The notes beneath the pieces are model-generated. The model did no database searches, had not been told where the DNA came from, and worked only from the letters and a program-made list of their open reading frames with translations. A stretch of 59,164 nt of DNA, counting the filler, from Dugesia japonica (taxonomy: Eukaryota), in NCBI GenBank assembly GCA_001938525.1. It is 5 parts of 5 records of this genome, joined end to end, with 100 filler letters (N's around TTAATTAATTAA, not from the genome) between each part and the next. Parts side by side here need not be neighbours in the genome. Positions count along the whole stretch, not along the records: positions 24,800 to 35,037 come from MQRL01299711.1; positions 35,138 to 46,448 come from MQRL01631167.1; 3 more parts are not named here. The stretch is one strand, 5' to 3'. Within the stretch, counting starts at the first letter, position 1, and each line of letters opens with the position of its first letter. The position numbers were made by a program, and so were the translations under genes. Below are positions 25,735 through 38,881 of this stretch, one piece after another.

Positions 25735-28700
25735 ATGTCTCAAAATATTAGTTTTGATTTGCAGAATGAATTACCAATTGAAGATTTACCTAACATGGTG
25801 GCAGCAGTAAATACCTATTATATTACAGAGAGATTATTGCCAAAAATGTTCTGGAGAGGAGTTGACATTGAGAAATTCATAAAGCGGTTTGAATTGTATT
25901 TCGAAGCTAATAACATCACCCATGTGAAAAAACAAGAGAGATTAGTCTTTTGTTTGTTAGATGAAGATTTGTTGGAAGAATATACAAAGACGATGAAAAT
26001 AGTTGAAGGTTTTCGGCTCGTTTAGGTATGGAATTTAAGAAAGAGAAAGATATTATCAAAGACTTTCAAAATTTGATTAACTAAAGGCCTGAAAATGAAG
26101 AGATTCAAGTTTATTTTAAAAAATGTAAAAGATTTAGTAAAAAGATTATTTACAAATAAAGATTTTACTGAAGAAAGATCCTAGTATATTGTTCAAATAA
26201 CAAAAGAGTTGAAGAAGAAGTGACTTTGCGGAAACGAAAGAGTAGAGAAAAACAGAGATCAAGTCAATGCAGTTAGAAGTTACGCGAGAGTTACAAGTCA
26301 AAATTATCAGAAACCTGTAAATCATACAGTGAATAGACATGTGGATCAAAGAAAGAAAAAATAAAATATCAAATGTTGGTTATATCATAAGATCGGTTAT
26401 ACTAAAGCAAATCTTTCGACCAAAAAAGTGGTCGAGTGTTATAAAATATGACTTGTTATAGGACTTTTTAGAAAGAAAAAAACTTGTTATAAAACAGGAT
26501 CTATAAGTCGAGATTTTTTTGGCTCCGGAAAAGTTGGTCATATTAAAAGGTTATGTCAAGAAGTGAAAATGAGGTGGTAATGGTGGACATAGGGCATAAG
26601 AGTGCTACACAAATATAAAAATGAAAAAATAAGTGAGAAATTTATGACTGCAGAAAGATCAAGAAACCGATATAATTGAGTACATGCGATTGAAGATGAA
26701 AATGTCAATTAATGCATCCAATACCGGCTATATATTTTAATACCGGTATTTCGGTACTGACAAATTTTAATACCGGCAATACTGGTATAATACCGGCATT
26801 GAAACTTAAAAAATTAAAACTTCCACGAGTTCCTCCTTCTTCAAAAACTGCAATCTCTTTGCGTATTGTTTTTGATAAAGCTTTTAAAACGCTCAATCTT
26901 CCCTAATTTTTACACTTCTTTCCATTCAAAATTGCCATGTCAAGCTTTTCTTTCAATGTCAAGTCTGCAGTGCTGTCAACAGAATCGCCATCAGATAAAA
27001 CGCTGGTCAAATGGAGAAGCTTGCCTGCTTGCTGATTGAGCCGCTCATTCAGTCAAACTATGGCATTTACAATGGCTGATTTGCTAAGGGGATCAAATGA
27101 CAGCGCTGGATCCGAATTCTCGTATCGTGCAGATATTGCAGCAAGTTAGAAAAAGTGGTCCGTCGCTCTTTTTTTCATATTACCAATGCAGTTTTCAATT
27201 TAACAGCTAAATCCGTGTCTCCAAGGTTATTTACCATGAACAATAGTGTTGTATCGGCTGACAACAGTGTCTCATCATTTTGGCACAATGTTTCCACGGC
27301 CAATTTTACTGGCACGAGACATGATACAACAGATGAAATTGTGTCGAACTCCTTATCAGTTATCTCAGTTTTTGACTCAAGGTCAATCAATGACTTGCAA
27401 ATGCAATTTTTCAATTTATGAAACATTCCAACATTGTGTGCAAGCTACTCCAACTAGTTTTAGAGTCGAGTATTAGTGGAAAAGCTTTACAAAATTCGTC
27501 TACTGTGTATGTTTGAATTGTTTTATCTTTTTTTGTAGGTGAACGGCGAAACAATTTTACAACGGTGTGCACCTTAGCAATTATCGGCTGCAAATCATTA
27601 GTCTGTTCAATAGTGTTGTTTTTCTCACTCATCGCAACTTGAAACCCGCCAAAAATGTCTTCTTCATCATCATTTGTTATGTTTGCGTCATAGTCAATTT
27701 CACTGTTATTCTCGTCATTGGAAATTCTTTTCAAGCTTTTTTTGGCAGAAGTTGACGATTTTTTGTACAAAACCTTTTGCACACCAAGTTGAATGCCATG
27801 AACAATGCAAAGCTGTTGATCACAATTGCTTGAACGTCCCACTTTTAGCATTACAGAAGCTCCATCAGTAAAAATGCACACAATGCCTTTCTCGTAATTC
27901 AGCATAAACTGCGTCAACACTTTTTGAACTAACTTTATGCATTTTTCAGCAGACAGTGAACCAACAACTCTAGCTAATCCAAGGTTCCAAAATTCATCCT
28001 TGATGTGAACGTTTACATTTAAATATCTACGATTTTTAATTGACGTCCACTCATCAAATGGCAAACTGAATCGCATTCCTTGCAGTAGGAGACGAATGAA
28101 CTTCGATATGACAGTCTCTCTGGTTGTGTTTGCGTATTTGACTACCGAATTTTAAATTGTCGTCGCCACTTTTGAAACAACAAATCCCCGAGCTTCTAGT
28201 GATGTTTTTAGTTAAGCTGATGATACAAATACGCTAAATGGCAGTCCGTTAAGAGCAGTCAAACTAGAGAAAACTGCGGGCAACGTTTTGTCATGTTGAT
28301 TTTGGAAGAAATCGGTGATCAAAGATTTGGGATATTTTGTCGATGGCAACGAAACCGTTGAAGATGTTGCGTCTTGGGGCGATTTTCTCTTTAGCAAGTC
28401 GATTTCATGGTTTGTTTTTAGATGTGCATGGAGTCCACTGGTACTGCCACCTTGTGATTTTATTTCTTTGTCGCATTTCTTAAATTTTGCAAGTTGATTT
28501 TTTTTATCAATCAGAAAATAAAACCACACAGAACTTTCGTCTACTCGTGCGCTGGTGCTGAACTCTTTGAATACCTTTTGGGACATGTTGGTTGTTTCTG
28601 GATAATAAGTTAATACAAAACTATCCATTAGACATAAAATATTTATTCTTAAATTAAATCCTTACTAAGTTAGCTTCTTAAAATAATTTACAAAAATATT

Positions 28701-30230
28701 TTTAAAAAAACTCAAAAAAACAACATAATTTTTAATAAACATTTAATACACTAATTTAAAATCATAATCCTAAAAATTAATTTATTTTGAAAAACTCAAA
28801 CTAATCAAGAATATTATATTTCACAATGAACATATTTGGGACTGTTGTATATCTTTTTTTTATTCAATACCGAAATACCGGTATTGAGCCAACTGAATAA
28901 CGGTATACCGGTATCAGTACTACCGGTATACCGGTATCAGTACTACCAGTATTGGATGCACTAATGTCAATGCAAACGATGGATATGAAGAAGTGTATGA
29001 AAGTGATTCTGAATGGCAGTACCTAAAATGCAGGGCTCCACAAGTAGATGAGTTAGTTGGAGCCATCCATCATTAAATGAATTAATTGATTATCCTCAAG
29101 GGGTCGAAAATGGTATGATATCGGAAAAGTTTCAGAAAAAGTATACAAGTTCTTAAAGAGGGAAAATTTTGCGGATTATAGAAAGGTAGAATGGGTTGGA
29201 ACAGTTGAAGCACAACAAAAAACAATTATTTTGTACCATAAATTGCAAGGCAAACCAAGTGTTATGGTATCAATTCAAGGAAATAAAGTTGAATGTCTTT
29301 TAGATACAGGGGCTAGAATTAACGTTATGAGTTTGATTTGTTTTAATAAATTACGAGAAGTTCATTTAGAAATGAGTGATGAAAGATTGAGTTGTGCTAA
29401 TAATAGTACACTTGAAATTGTTGTAAAACTTAGAATCGAGTGATAATTGATGAATTTTGCAAAGAGATTACTTTCTTAGTTGCTGAAAGNGTGACACCAG
29501 ATCTGATAGGAGGAATAGATATGCAGAAGATTTTTGGATTCCAGCTTATGCAAAACGTCGATAACAAAACGGATGAAAAAGTCGAAAATTACATGAGCAA
29601 TATTAAAGCAAAATTTAGAAGACAAATTAAAAAAGAAGAGTGATTGATAAGAGCATTAAATACTTTGAAGATTAAAGAGAATCATTAATTATTGAAAATA
29701 ATTGAAGTAAATAGAATGCTTTTATGGCAGATAAATGGGATGTAGGACGCACACATCTGATAAGACACAAAATAATCACAAGTGGTGACCCAATCAATGT
29801 AAAAATGTACAGGCAACCAATGAACGTAGAATCTAAAATTGAAGAAGTTATGCAAAACCTTTTCGAGAATAATAATATCCGGAAATGCAACTCTCTATAG
29901 AATACCCCACTGATATGTGTTCGGAAAAAAGAAAAGAAAGACATAAGAATATGTTTGGATTTAAAACAATTGAATGCTGTAACGAAAAGACAAGCCTTTA
30001 CAATGCCTAATGTCGATGAAAGGCTGGAAAAGTTAGATGGAGCTAAATATTTTAGTTCAATAGACTTGGGAAATGCATAATATCAGGTAGATCTCGAAGA
30101 AGAATCTCAAGAAAAAACGGCATTTTCAACGAAGCACGGACAATATTGTTTTAATAGAATGCCAGTTGACATCGCAGCGACACCAGGGACATTTCAAGAG
30201 ATGATGACAAAAGTGGTAGGCGGAATATGA
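25735..30230 (+). mobile_element. Decayed Gypsy internal region (gag-protease-RT) interrupted by a hAT element
   Basis: gag LPKMFWRGVDIEKFIKRFELYFEAN plus knuckle remnants; protease CLLDTGARINVM; RT PINVKMYRQP, DLGNA.YQV, KTAFST, FNRMP. Confidence 0.9.
26710..28963 (-). mobile_element. hAT DNA transposon, 2254 bp, with frameshifted and 3'-deleted transposase
   Basis: 18-bp TIRs TA(A/G)TGCATCCAATAC(C/T)GG; perfect 8-bp TSD ATGTCAAT (26702-26709, 28964-28971); subterminal ATACCGGTAT repeats; BED finger (SVWFYF..GSTSGLHAHL), FDEWTS, TDGASVM, CIVHGIQL, TSWSS. Confidence 0.96.
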
Positions 30231-30689
30231 GTAATATTTTAATTTTTATTTATATTATATCATATTATATTATATACAAATTTATATTTTAAAACATTTA
30301 AATATTATTCAAATACTACAGTAAAAAAAAGTACACAACAGATTTTTGAAATATAAAACATTTTAAAAATGCAAATTTATTTAAATAATTGCTATATTAG
30401 GTAAAATTGTAAAGGTATAAATGTCAACAATGATGATTCGGGAAATGCCAAGGCTCCAGTCAATGGGAAATGATAGGGGCTGTAAATTACATGTAAGATA
30501 TGATATTAATAATATGATGACTAGTATGTTTGAGTGTGATGATGATTATTTGAATAATTTTAATAATAGTATTAGTGTGATTGAAAATGACTCAATGATT
30601 GAATGTATATTTAAAAACGTGAATGATGAAAATAGATTTGCATGCTTGAATATTTGAATATTTTAAATTATTGTAACGTGATGGTAAAC

Positions 30690-31410
30690 CTTTTAATAAT
30701 ATTAAACTATATTCAAGTTATTTTAATGCATTATTTGATACTGGGTGGAAATAAGCGTAATGAGTAAAATTATAGCTATTGAAATGAAAAAATATCAAAT
30801 TTAATAATAAAAATGTTAATGATAAACAAATATTATGCGTAAATGGAAGGGCCATAAATATTATATATAAAGTAGATATAAATATTAAATTTAATAGGAA
30901 TCGATATTTTAAATTCTTTGCAAATAGAATTAATAGAAATAGATAGTATAAATCACAGCGTTTTAAATTAACAAGCTAAATTTTCAACAAATAATAAAAG
31001 TATTAATATTAGTAAACAATTAATTAAAAAATTAAAATTAAAAGACGATAATAGTATACATGATATTATTCTAAGGTATATTGGATTTTGTATAAACAAT
31101 AAATGGGATTTTACAGTTGCAATTTTTGTTAGAATAATTGTTGGACATAACCATTGATCGTTTTACAGAATTCGTTTAAAATTAAGCTTCGATTAAAAAA
31201 AAAGTTTCGATCAAAATTTTTTGCTTTTTTATTTAAAAAAAAATTTTAATCGAAGCTTTTATTTTAAATGAATAAATGGGATATTGGTAAACAGATATTT
31301 TAAAACATAAAATATAAACCGATTGGGAACCGATATTAATGAAAGCTAGAAAGCAGCCGATGCACTACGAAGAAAAAATAGTAGAAATTATATATAATCT
31401 AGAGGAAAAT
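30690..31410 (+). pseudogene. Highly decayed Gypsy protease/RT-start fragment
   Basis: ALFDTG at ~30728 and KWDIG..IF KH.I..IG.PI.MKARKQP at ~31275-31360. Confidence 0.55.
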
Positions 31411-31429
31411 GAGTAGTTAGATACTTCAG

Positions 31430-32270
31430 CACTATACCCTGTGGCTTTAGTTGCGACAATTTTTAAGGCTTTTTAAGCGGCAATATTTTTTAGGGTTTTT
31501 GGATGGGAATTTATTCGGTGAGGTCGAATGAGGTTAATTTTTGATTGGTTTTAAGTGTTTTTGTAAAACTATTTTTGGTGGGGTGGATTATGGTCAGTTT
31601 TTGGCTGGTTTGGATGAATTTGGTCCATTAATTCTTCTGGTTTGATCAGTTTGGGTCAACTTTGTATGTTTTAGATAATTTTTGGGTGATTTGTTAGAAT
31701 ACTTTCTCAATAATATAATTTCGTCTATTTTTGGGTAAGTTATGTGAAATTGAAAATAAATTTCATCGTTGAGGTCAAATCAGGTCAAATATGATCGGTT
31801 TTAGGTTAATTTGCTCAATTATTTCCTCCGGAATGGTCAGTTTGGTTAATTTTAGGGCGATTTTTTTGAAATTTTTCTCGTGTTTTATCAATTCAAGTAA
31901 TTCTTTGGCGATTTGGTCAAATATTTCCTCGATAATCGTTATTTTGGTCAATTTTTGGCTGGTTCCGTTGAATTTGGTCTAATATTTCTTCAGTGAGGTC
32001 GATTCTAAGCAAACTTGCTTGGTTTTAGGTTAATTTGGCCAAAGTTTTTTTTGGAAATGGTTAACTTGGGTAACTTTGGGGTGATTCAAGCAAATCTTTC
32101 ATCGATCTGGTTAAATTTGGTTCATTTTTTAGGGATTTGGTCAATTATTTAAATGCAAATGACTACTTTAGGTCAGTTTCGAGTAATGTTGGTCAGTTAT
32201 TTTCTTTGTTTGGCTAATGTTGGTCAATTATTTACACGGTTTAGGTAATATTGGTCGAATTGTTTACACT
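31430..32270. repeat. T/G-rich insert built from TTTGGTCAA-like motifs
   Basis: Dozens of TTGGTCA/TAGGTTAA variants with sharp compositional boundaries; class unresolved. Confidence 0.5.
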
Positions 32271-32274
32271 CTCA

Positions 32275-32555
32275 ATGACGAATCTTGAAAATGGATACTG
32301 CATCACACGAAAAGAATTATTGGCTGTTTATTATTTCTGTATGCAATTCAAACAATACTTGTACGGTAGAAGATTTAAATTTAGAAAAGATTATAAAGCT
32401 CTACCTTTTATGCTGACGTAATTTACGCAAGTCTATTGAACTGAAATATTTATAATTGAGAAAATTCACGAAAGATGGTATGCGGTAGTAAGAGAAAATG
32501 GACAGCGATTAGAAAGAAATAAGGAAAACTTAGAAATTTCTTAAGATAGGGGATT
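32275..32555 (+). pseudogene. Gypsy RNase H and pol-end fragment with polypurine tract
   Basis: GYCITRKELLAVYYFCMQFKQYLYGRRFK; ends ...TAAGATAGGGGAT. Confidence 0.75.
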
Positions 32556-32739
32556 TGATTAAATTATTATTAATTAAAATTTTTATTCAATAGAAATCGA
32601 TTAAACTATAAATTAATATTTAATTAATTGTAATCTTTTATATTTATATTATCAAACATATTTGTAGTAGTGAAAATAATTATGACTAAAAATATTTGTT
32701 GTGATTTCGAATATTAATTATCAATTGAAGATTTATCGA

Positions 32740-33137
32740 ACACACATATAAAAAGAATCCCCTTTGATAAAATCCTTACAAAAAAATTGAGATTTGATTG
32801 TCAAACATATACTTAAAGTAATATAAAGAGGAAATATTCAAAGGAGTTAGAATCCCAAATATAATATAATATCAAATAGTCATCTATAATAATATGGTCG
32901 AACTTATAATTGTTGGTAATGCTTATGTTCCTTTGCTGAAATCAGTTATAATTAGAGAGTTATGAAGGTGATCATTTCGTTTAAATAATAGTCAAGAATC
33001 CAATGTATCTGCCAATCATTACTTCATGTTTAAACAATATAGAAATCAACATACGCGACGACAACGGTGATTTATTTAGATTTGGTTCAGACGCACAAAC
33101 TCTTTTAACGTAACATTTTAGGAAAATAAATGTCTAA
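32740..33137 (+). pseudogene. Polinton minor capsid (penton) C-terminal part
   Basis: YNNMVELIIVGNAYVPLLKSV...NPMYLPI..SCLNNIEINIRDDNGDLFRFG...LLT.HFRK matches the Polinton penton pattern (IVGD..PLL / P.Y.P / IEI.IRDD.G / LHFR). Confidence 0.8.
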
Positions 33138-33506
33138 TCCCGATATTATATTATTATATAGTATCGGATAATCTGGTAAACAATTATCATACTTTTTAGG
33201 GTAACAGTATGGATCTAGATTGTTGCAAACAATTGGTTGATTTGCATTACCAATTCTTAGACAAATTGGAAAAATTGGAATGAAAACTGCAAATGATGTA
33301 ATAAATAATAAAGAAACATTTTACGATCACTCAAAACTAATGCAATGAATGAATTCAACAATTTTCTGGATTCAGATGAAATATCAAAAATGATGTGAAA
33401 ACCAAAGGATTAAGAAAACACTAAAGGAAGTGATATAAAACATAAGAATTCTATCTTGATGGATATAAACAAACGAATGAAAAGATGTAAAACCATATTC
33501 GACTAA
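33130..33506 (+). pseudogene. Polinton small core/membrane-active protein downstream of the penton
   Basis: SGKQLSYFLG.QYGS.LLQTIG.FALPILRQIGKIGMKTANDV...KRMKRCKTIFD: QxG motif, amphipathic helix and basic tail, in the usual position after the penton. Confidence 0.65.
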
Positions 33507-34117
33507 TGATTAGTGGAAAAACTGAGTTTGTAAAATTGATATTATGAAGAGTGTATTATTATAATAATTTATCATAATAATGCACTTTTCATAATATCAA
33601 TAAAACTATTAATAATAACAACCATTAAAAAATTTTGGTACGCATTAAGTATGTAGCTCAGCACTCATCAATTTTTGACTACTTTACACCAATTGAATTC
33701 CTCGTTCATTACGCAGGTAGAATTTTTTTAAATGCAACACGTTGACAACTCAGATGCGTTTTGGTTACAATTATTTATAATTATTACCAATCAAATTAAT
33801 GCTAATTTTATGAAACATTTGTTACTTTTACAATTTTTTCTGCGCTTTTTATATATTCTCAAGAAATATTATGCGCTGGATACAATATTTATGTGATAAA
33901 TCTATAAATATCATATATCTATATCTATCATTTACGTCATATTTTTAACAAAACATAATAATTTTTAAACAAAAAACAATACAGAAACACAGGCATATTG
34001 ACATTTATAAATAATAATAAAAATAATAATAATAATTATAATATTAATAATGATAATCATAATAATTGTTATATATATTTGCGATTATTGCTAGAATCGC
34101 ATTGATCGTTTTTCAGA

Positions 34118-34312
34118 ATTCATTTAAAATAAAAGCTTCGATCAAACTTTTTTTTATTTTTGGTATTTGATAACAATTCGATATTTGGACTTTGTCTTCT
34201 TCAGGAATTGATTTTTAAATGTCAATTCACGAAGAACACAAAGTCCAAATATCGAATATCAAATACAAAAAATAAAAACAAAATTTAATCGAAGCTTTTA
34301 TTTTAAATGAAT
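34118..34312. repeat. Fold-back (palindromic) interspersed repeat
   Basis: ATTCATTTAAAATAAAAGCTTCGAT ... ATCGAAGCTTTTATTTTAAATGAAT with arms pairing almost to the centre; partial copies at ~11370-11445, 21140-21375, 22790-22880 and 31165-31272. Confidence 0.85.
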
Positions 34313-35037
34313 AATAATAATAACAATATTAATATTAAAAATAATAACACTATTACAAGAATAATGAATTACAAGGTCCGTTACTAAATGATGAAAGACA
34401 ATTTACTCGCACTGTTGTGCATACCGATTTGTGCATCAATTTTAGCTTTTAAATAATCAAAAAACAATAGAAATTGTTTTAATAAATTGCTTTCAACGGG
34501 ATTTCAAAATATATTCATCTACATATTTTGACAAATTATTTGCCATCTTCAAATTTAATTTTTTAATCTGTTTAAGTTATTTTATATTAAAATTTCCGTT
34601 ATGTAGTCAATTTTGCCATCAAAGTTTTAATAACTTCAAAATGGTTTAAAAAATGATATCTGAAGATAGCAAATAATTATTCGAAACATGCTTTAATAAG
34701 ACTTCATTTTTGTTTTATTGTTCAATGAATTCTTTATTTTTACAATATTATCGTCTATTATTGGTTGCTGAATTTTGTTAATTAGTCATTATTAAACAAT
34801 TTGTTTCTTTACTCCAACAGTACAAATAAAAATTAAACTTATATCAGTGGTTTTATTTTATTAGACTGTTCTATTTTATTAGTGCCATTTAACAATACGT
34901 TTAACGTTATTGATTGGATCAAAGTATTGATTAATTAACCAATTAAAATTAAAATAAGTTAAACACTACTTATCCAATAGAATTTCAATATTTCTATCAA
35001 TAAACAATAAAATGGATAAATTTAACAATTTATTTAC

Positions 35038-35137
35038 NNNNNNNNNNNNNNNNNNNNNNNNNNNNNNNNNNNNNNNNNNNNTTAATTAATTAANNNNNNN
35101 NNNNNNNNNNNNNNNNNNNNNNNNNNNNNNNNNNNNN
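35038..35137. other. Artificial contig-joining spacer
   Basis: N44-TTAATTAATTAA(35082-35093)-N44. Confidence 0.95.
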
Positions 35138-35149
35138 AAATTTTCATAT

Positions 35150-36320
35150 CCTTGCTGAATGCGATAATAAAGATAATGAATAATAAACAGTTTTACCAGT
35201 TGATAACGTCACTCAGTCTGATTTCATTGTGTTCCTCTGGACTGGCGAGATCAAATAATTCCGCTGTGACGAATTCTCTGGAAAGAGGACAATCCGGATC
35301 AATTTCAAACATTCCCGAGAGTAAATATTCGATATCGACTGTTGTGATGAAATCCTTGTTGGGTCCCGAGAGAATATCGAACAAGTGTCGAGCGACAGTA
35401 GGATAATCGGGATCGATAAGCATGGCTTGAACGAGAACAAATTCAGAGAGATTCTGCGCGCATCNNNNNNNNNNNNNNNNNNNNNNNNNNNNNNAAACAT
35501 TCCAAATCAAACCATTTCTTGTTTGTGAAGAAATTCGTCAAAAAATCCATTGATAAATATCGAATTCAAATCTTTTTTATAGAAACTAGACAAAATAAAT
35601 TTATTTTTCCACGACAGATTTGTTCTTACTTTGTGAATTTCTCTTTACTTAACAGTTTAGTTTTGCTGCTTTCTTCTTCAGTTAATCGATCGAAAGTTTT
35701 CTTCCATTTGCAAAACCATTCGAAACTGTAAATATCATCNNNNNNNNNNNNNNNNNNNNNNNNNNNNNNNNNNNNNNNNNNNNNNNNNNNNNNNNNNNNN
35801 NNNNNNNNNNNNNNNNNNNNNNNNNNNNAATCGTAATCAAAATATAAAAGAGTGATTAGACAGATGTGTTCAATATACGAAATGTAAAGTTCTTCTTCTG
35901 CTTCACTTTCCTTTTTTCACATATTTAATTAAAACTAACAATTATTCATTAGAAATAACTTTACATTTAGAAAATTTCTTCTTAATAACATCATATCGCC
36001 AAGCAATTGTTTGAATGTAACATTTTCCATCTCGTATTCTGGTAATGATTTAATAATTTCATAATAATGCCAGTTTAATCTCCAGTATTCCACAATATAC
36101 GCTATCAAATCAGAAGATGAAATCAAGTCTAAGGTTGAATCGGTTTGTAGACCAGTAAACACGTCATTATTAAATATTCTATTTGAAAAATATTTGAATT
36201 TATAATATTTAATCATATTTTTACAATTTCAACTGAGGATATTTCTCAGCTATACTCATAACTTTGCTATAATCAATCAATTTTACTAGTTGATAGTTAA
36301 CTGATTGTTCATCGATTTCT
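35150..36320 (-). CDS. Divergent PP2A regulatory subunit B'' (PPP2R3C-like), multi-exon, partial
   Basis: Collinear blocks ISSSDLIAYIVE, LLGDMMLLR, KLLSKEKF, LNSIFINGFFDE and ARHLFDILSGPNKDFITTVDIEYLL...AELFDLASPEEHNEIRLSDVIN match the recalled PPP2R3C pattern (SDLENYILE / LDDLLELR / MLSKEEL / EIFDMVKP..ISLQDLIN); GT-AG intron at ~35586-35629; exon limits are obscured by gaps. Confidence 0.7.
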
Positions 36321-36999
36321 TCAATTAATAACTAAATCTTTAATATCAAAGATATCTATATGAGTAAGAATTAAAAACCTTTAAAGCATTAGAATTATCA
36401 TAGATTTGAAGATAATCTAAAGTATTTTTTTTAATAATAACAAGTTTATCTAATTCTTTATCAAAATCCATCTACATAAAAATTTTCTTTAAATATTTAT
36501 TAAAAAATCTAACAAACCATTCACAAGCAAATTTTAAATATTTAAACAAATTAAAAATGTTTAAGAAATAACTTAATTTTCAATTATTAATAATAAAATC
36601 AGAATTAAAAAAGAATTATTTTTAATCAATTTAAGCAAGAAATAAACCGAATAAATGAGGAAATAAAGAAAATAAATACTGATGGTAATTAGAGGGTGGG
36701 AAATAAAGAAGAGAAATTAATTATGGAAAAATTACAGTGAAAAATAAAATTAATTTCAATAAAATAGGATTAAATTAAAAAATAATTATTTAATTAATTG
36801 AAAAGATAAGAACAAAGGGCAATTAGTGAAAAAAAAGAGGAAGCAGCAAATAACTTTGGCCAGGATAATCAGAAAATTATCAGATAAGATAAGAAATATA
36901 AGAAAAAGGTAAAAAGATAGGCAAATAAGGGACCAGAAAACAGTTAAAACAAAGAAAAAAAATCTGGTGGTTACCTAAAATAACCACCAATACTATGTC

Positions 37000-38881
37000 A
37001 GTTACTATGTCATCTCTGTCCTAATGGAATTTACAATATCGAGAATTATATTTAACAGTTATAGAGAACTTATTTCAATCTCAATATCTTCGTACAAGTT
37101 AATTGGAATTTTAATCAAGTTTAGAAAAGTCTCTTAAAGTGATTCCTTCACTGTGCAGTTGGGTAAGGATTATTATAATCACTTTATTAGATAATAATGA
37201 TAGCCGGCTAGATGGATATAATCAGCATAACTGGATATTAGGTATTTTATGGTGATAGTGCGTTGATATTTCACAGATCCCGTCAATGACAACTATATCT
37301 ACATATTTTAACTACAGAGTCAAATAATTCGTTATGGAATTAACCGTATGCACGGGACATATATTCATTGCAACCTGGGAATCGAATGACATTCTTATTG
37401 ATATTTAAATTGTCTCACTGAACGAAATTATGTATGCAATAAAATTAATTATGTCAATCGTTTTCTTGTTCATTAAATAATCAGTGAATTTGTACCTATC
37501 TGAAAAAGGGATATTCCAAAACAATTTTTTTATCCTTGGATTAACTGTTATATAATCAATCATTCATTAGTCTCCGATTTTATGATACTTAGTGATTAAC
37601 ATATCTCCGCTTAACTCTGATTGCAATTAAATAGTTATAAAACATTAAATTTTAGATAAATATTGTTTTTTAAATAGAGGTTAATCAATGAAGTAAAATT
37701 TAGTTTGACGAAATCTAAAAGTTTTAATTTTGGTTAATTTAGTAACGAAATATAATTCTACATTTATGACAGATAAATTTTATAAATTTAACTTAATATC
37801 ATTAATGAAATTTTAATTTGACATTTACTAAAGATAAAATTTGTATTTTCTTATTCACACACTTAACACATAAAATAAATATAAAATAATCAATTACTTA
37901 TAAATATTCGATAAGATTGAGACAAAGTGAATCTTGCTGCAACGGGTTCCGGACTAATTTATGGTGAGTTCCTTCTTGTTAATATACTGATTTCTTTGGG
38001 TAATAATTTAGTTTCCTTCTGTAATTCTAAAAAATAATGAGTGTTGATGAGAGGAACTTAATCGGGTGTATCTTACAAACTTCCAAAGTTGATGTTGACT
38101 CAAATTTCCGAGATGACGTTTATTTTAACTGATTTTGCTGGATTCGGTGGTAGTGGTTATAGAGATTTCTTTTTCTATAATGAGCCTTTCGCAAAGTTAT
38201 ATTTCGTTGGATGATTTTTAGCTGGTAGCAACTTAGAAAATTTTTTCGTAAATCTAACCGTTTTGTAACTTGAAAAAATTGTGTTGTTTTTACTTGAAAG
38301 TTGAGGGTCCTTTTATAGGATTTTCTGGACACCCCAACGGCTCTTTTCTGGTTCTATTAGTGCTAGCACCGATTTTCAGAATTTTTCTACAAATTTCAGT
38401 GCCATGATTCGCAGTTATTTTNNNNNNNNNNNNNNNNNNNNNNNNNNNNNNNNNNNTTTTATTTTCTGACCGCTGATTGGTCGAATCTTAGGATCCCTCC
38501 CATACCCCTCTGGAAGGTGGTACGTTTTTTCTTTTTAGGGTCTGAATTGCACTTGGTTATTTTCCGCTCAATTTTTCTTGTTGGAGTCTTTTCTGATAAT
38601 CAGGGCCAGAGATATCCGTAAAAAACAGATTTTTATCTAATTTCATTTGATTTTTTGTTTAAAATTAATTAATTTTTCCATATTAATTAATTATTTTCTA
38701 TAATATTTTTCTTTATTAATTCTTTTTATTTATTAATTTTTTCTCAATTAAGGATCATATGCTGCTTCTATTTTCCTTGCATCTTCTTTATTTTAACTTC
38801 ATTTCTTTTTTATGGTTGCTTTTTTGTTTTATTTCCTTCTTTGGTTTATTCTCTTTTTTTGGTGGGTGTTTCACCCCAACA
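37000..38881 (-). mobile_element. 3' LTR (truncated) of the minus-strand Gypsy element
   Basis: TGTTGGGGTGAAACACCC starts at 38881, directly after the pol end and a purine tract (AAAGGAATATTAGGGATAT); homologous to 40176-41150; the left limit is approximate. Confidence 0.8.

Noticed and set aside
26705-28497. Plus-strand ORFs overlapping the hAT element
   Set aside because: Antisense shadows of the transposase and subterminal repeats.
36966-36988. GGTGGTTA-7nt-TAACCACC hairpin as a terminator
   Set aside because: A single 8-bp stem in eukaryotic DNA with no supporting context.
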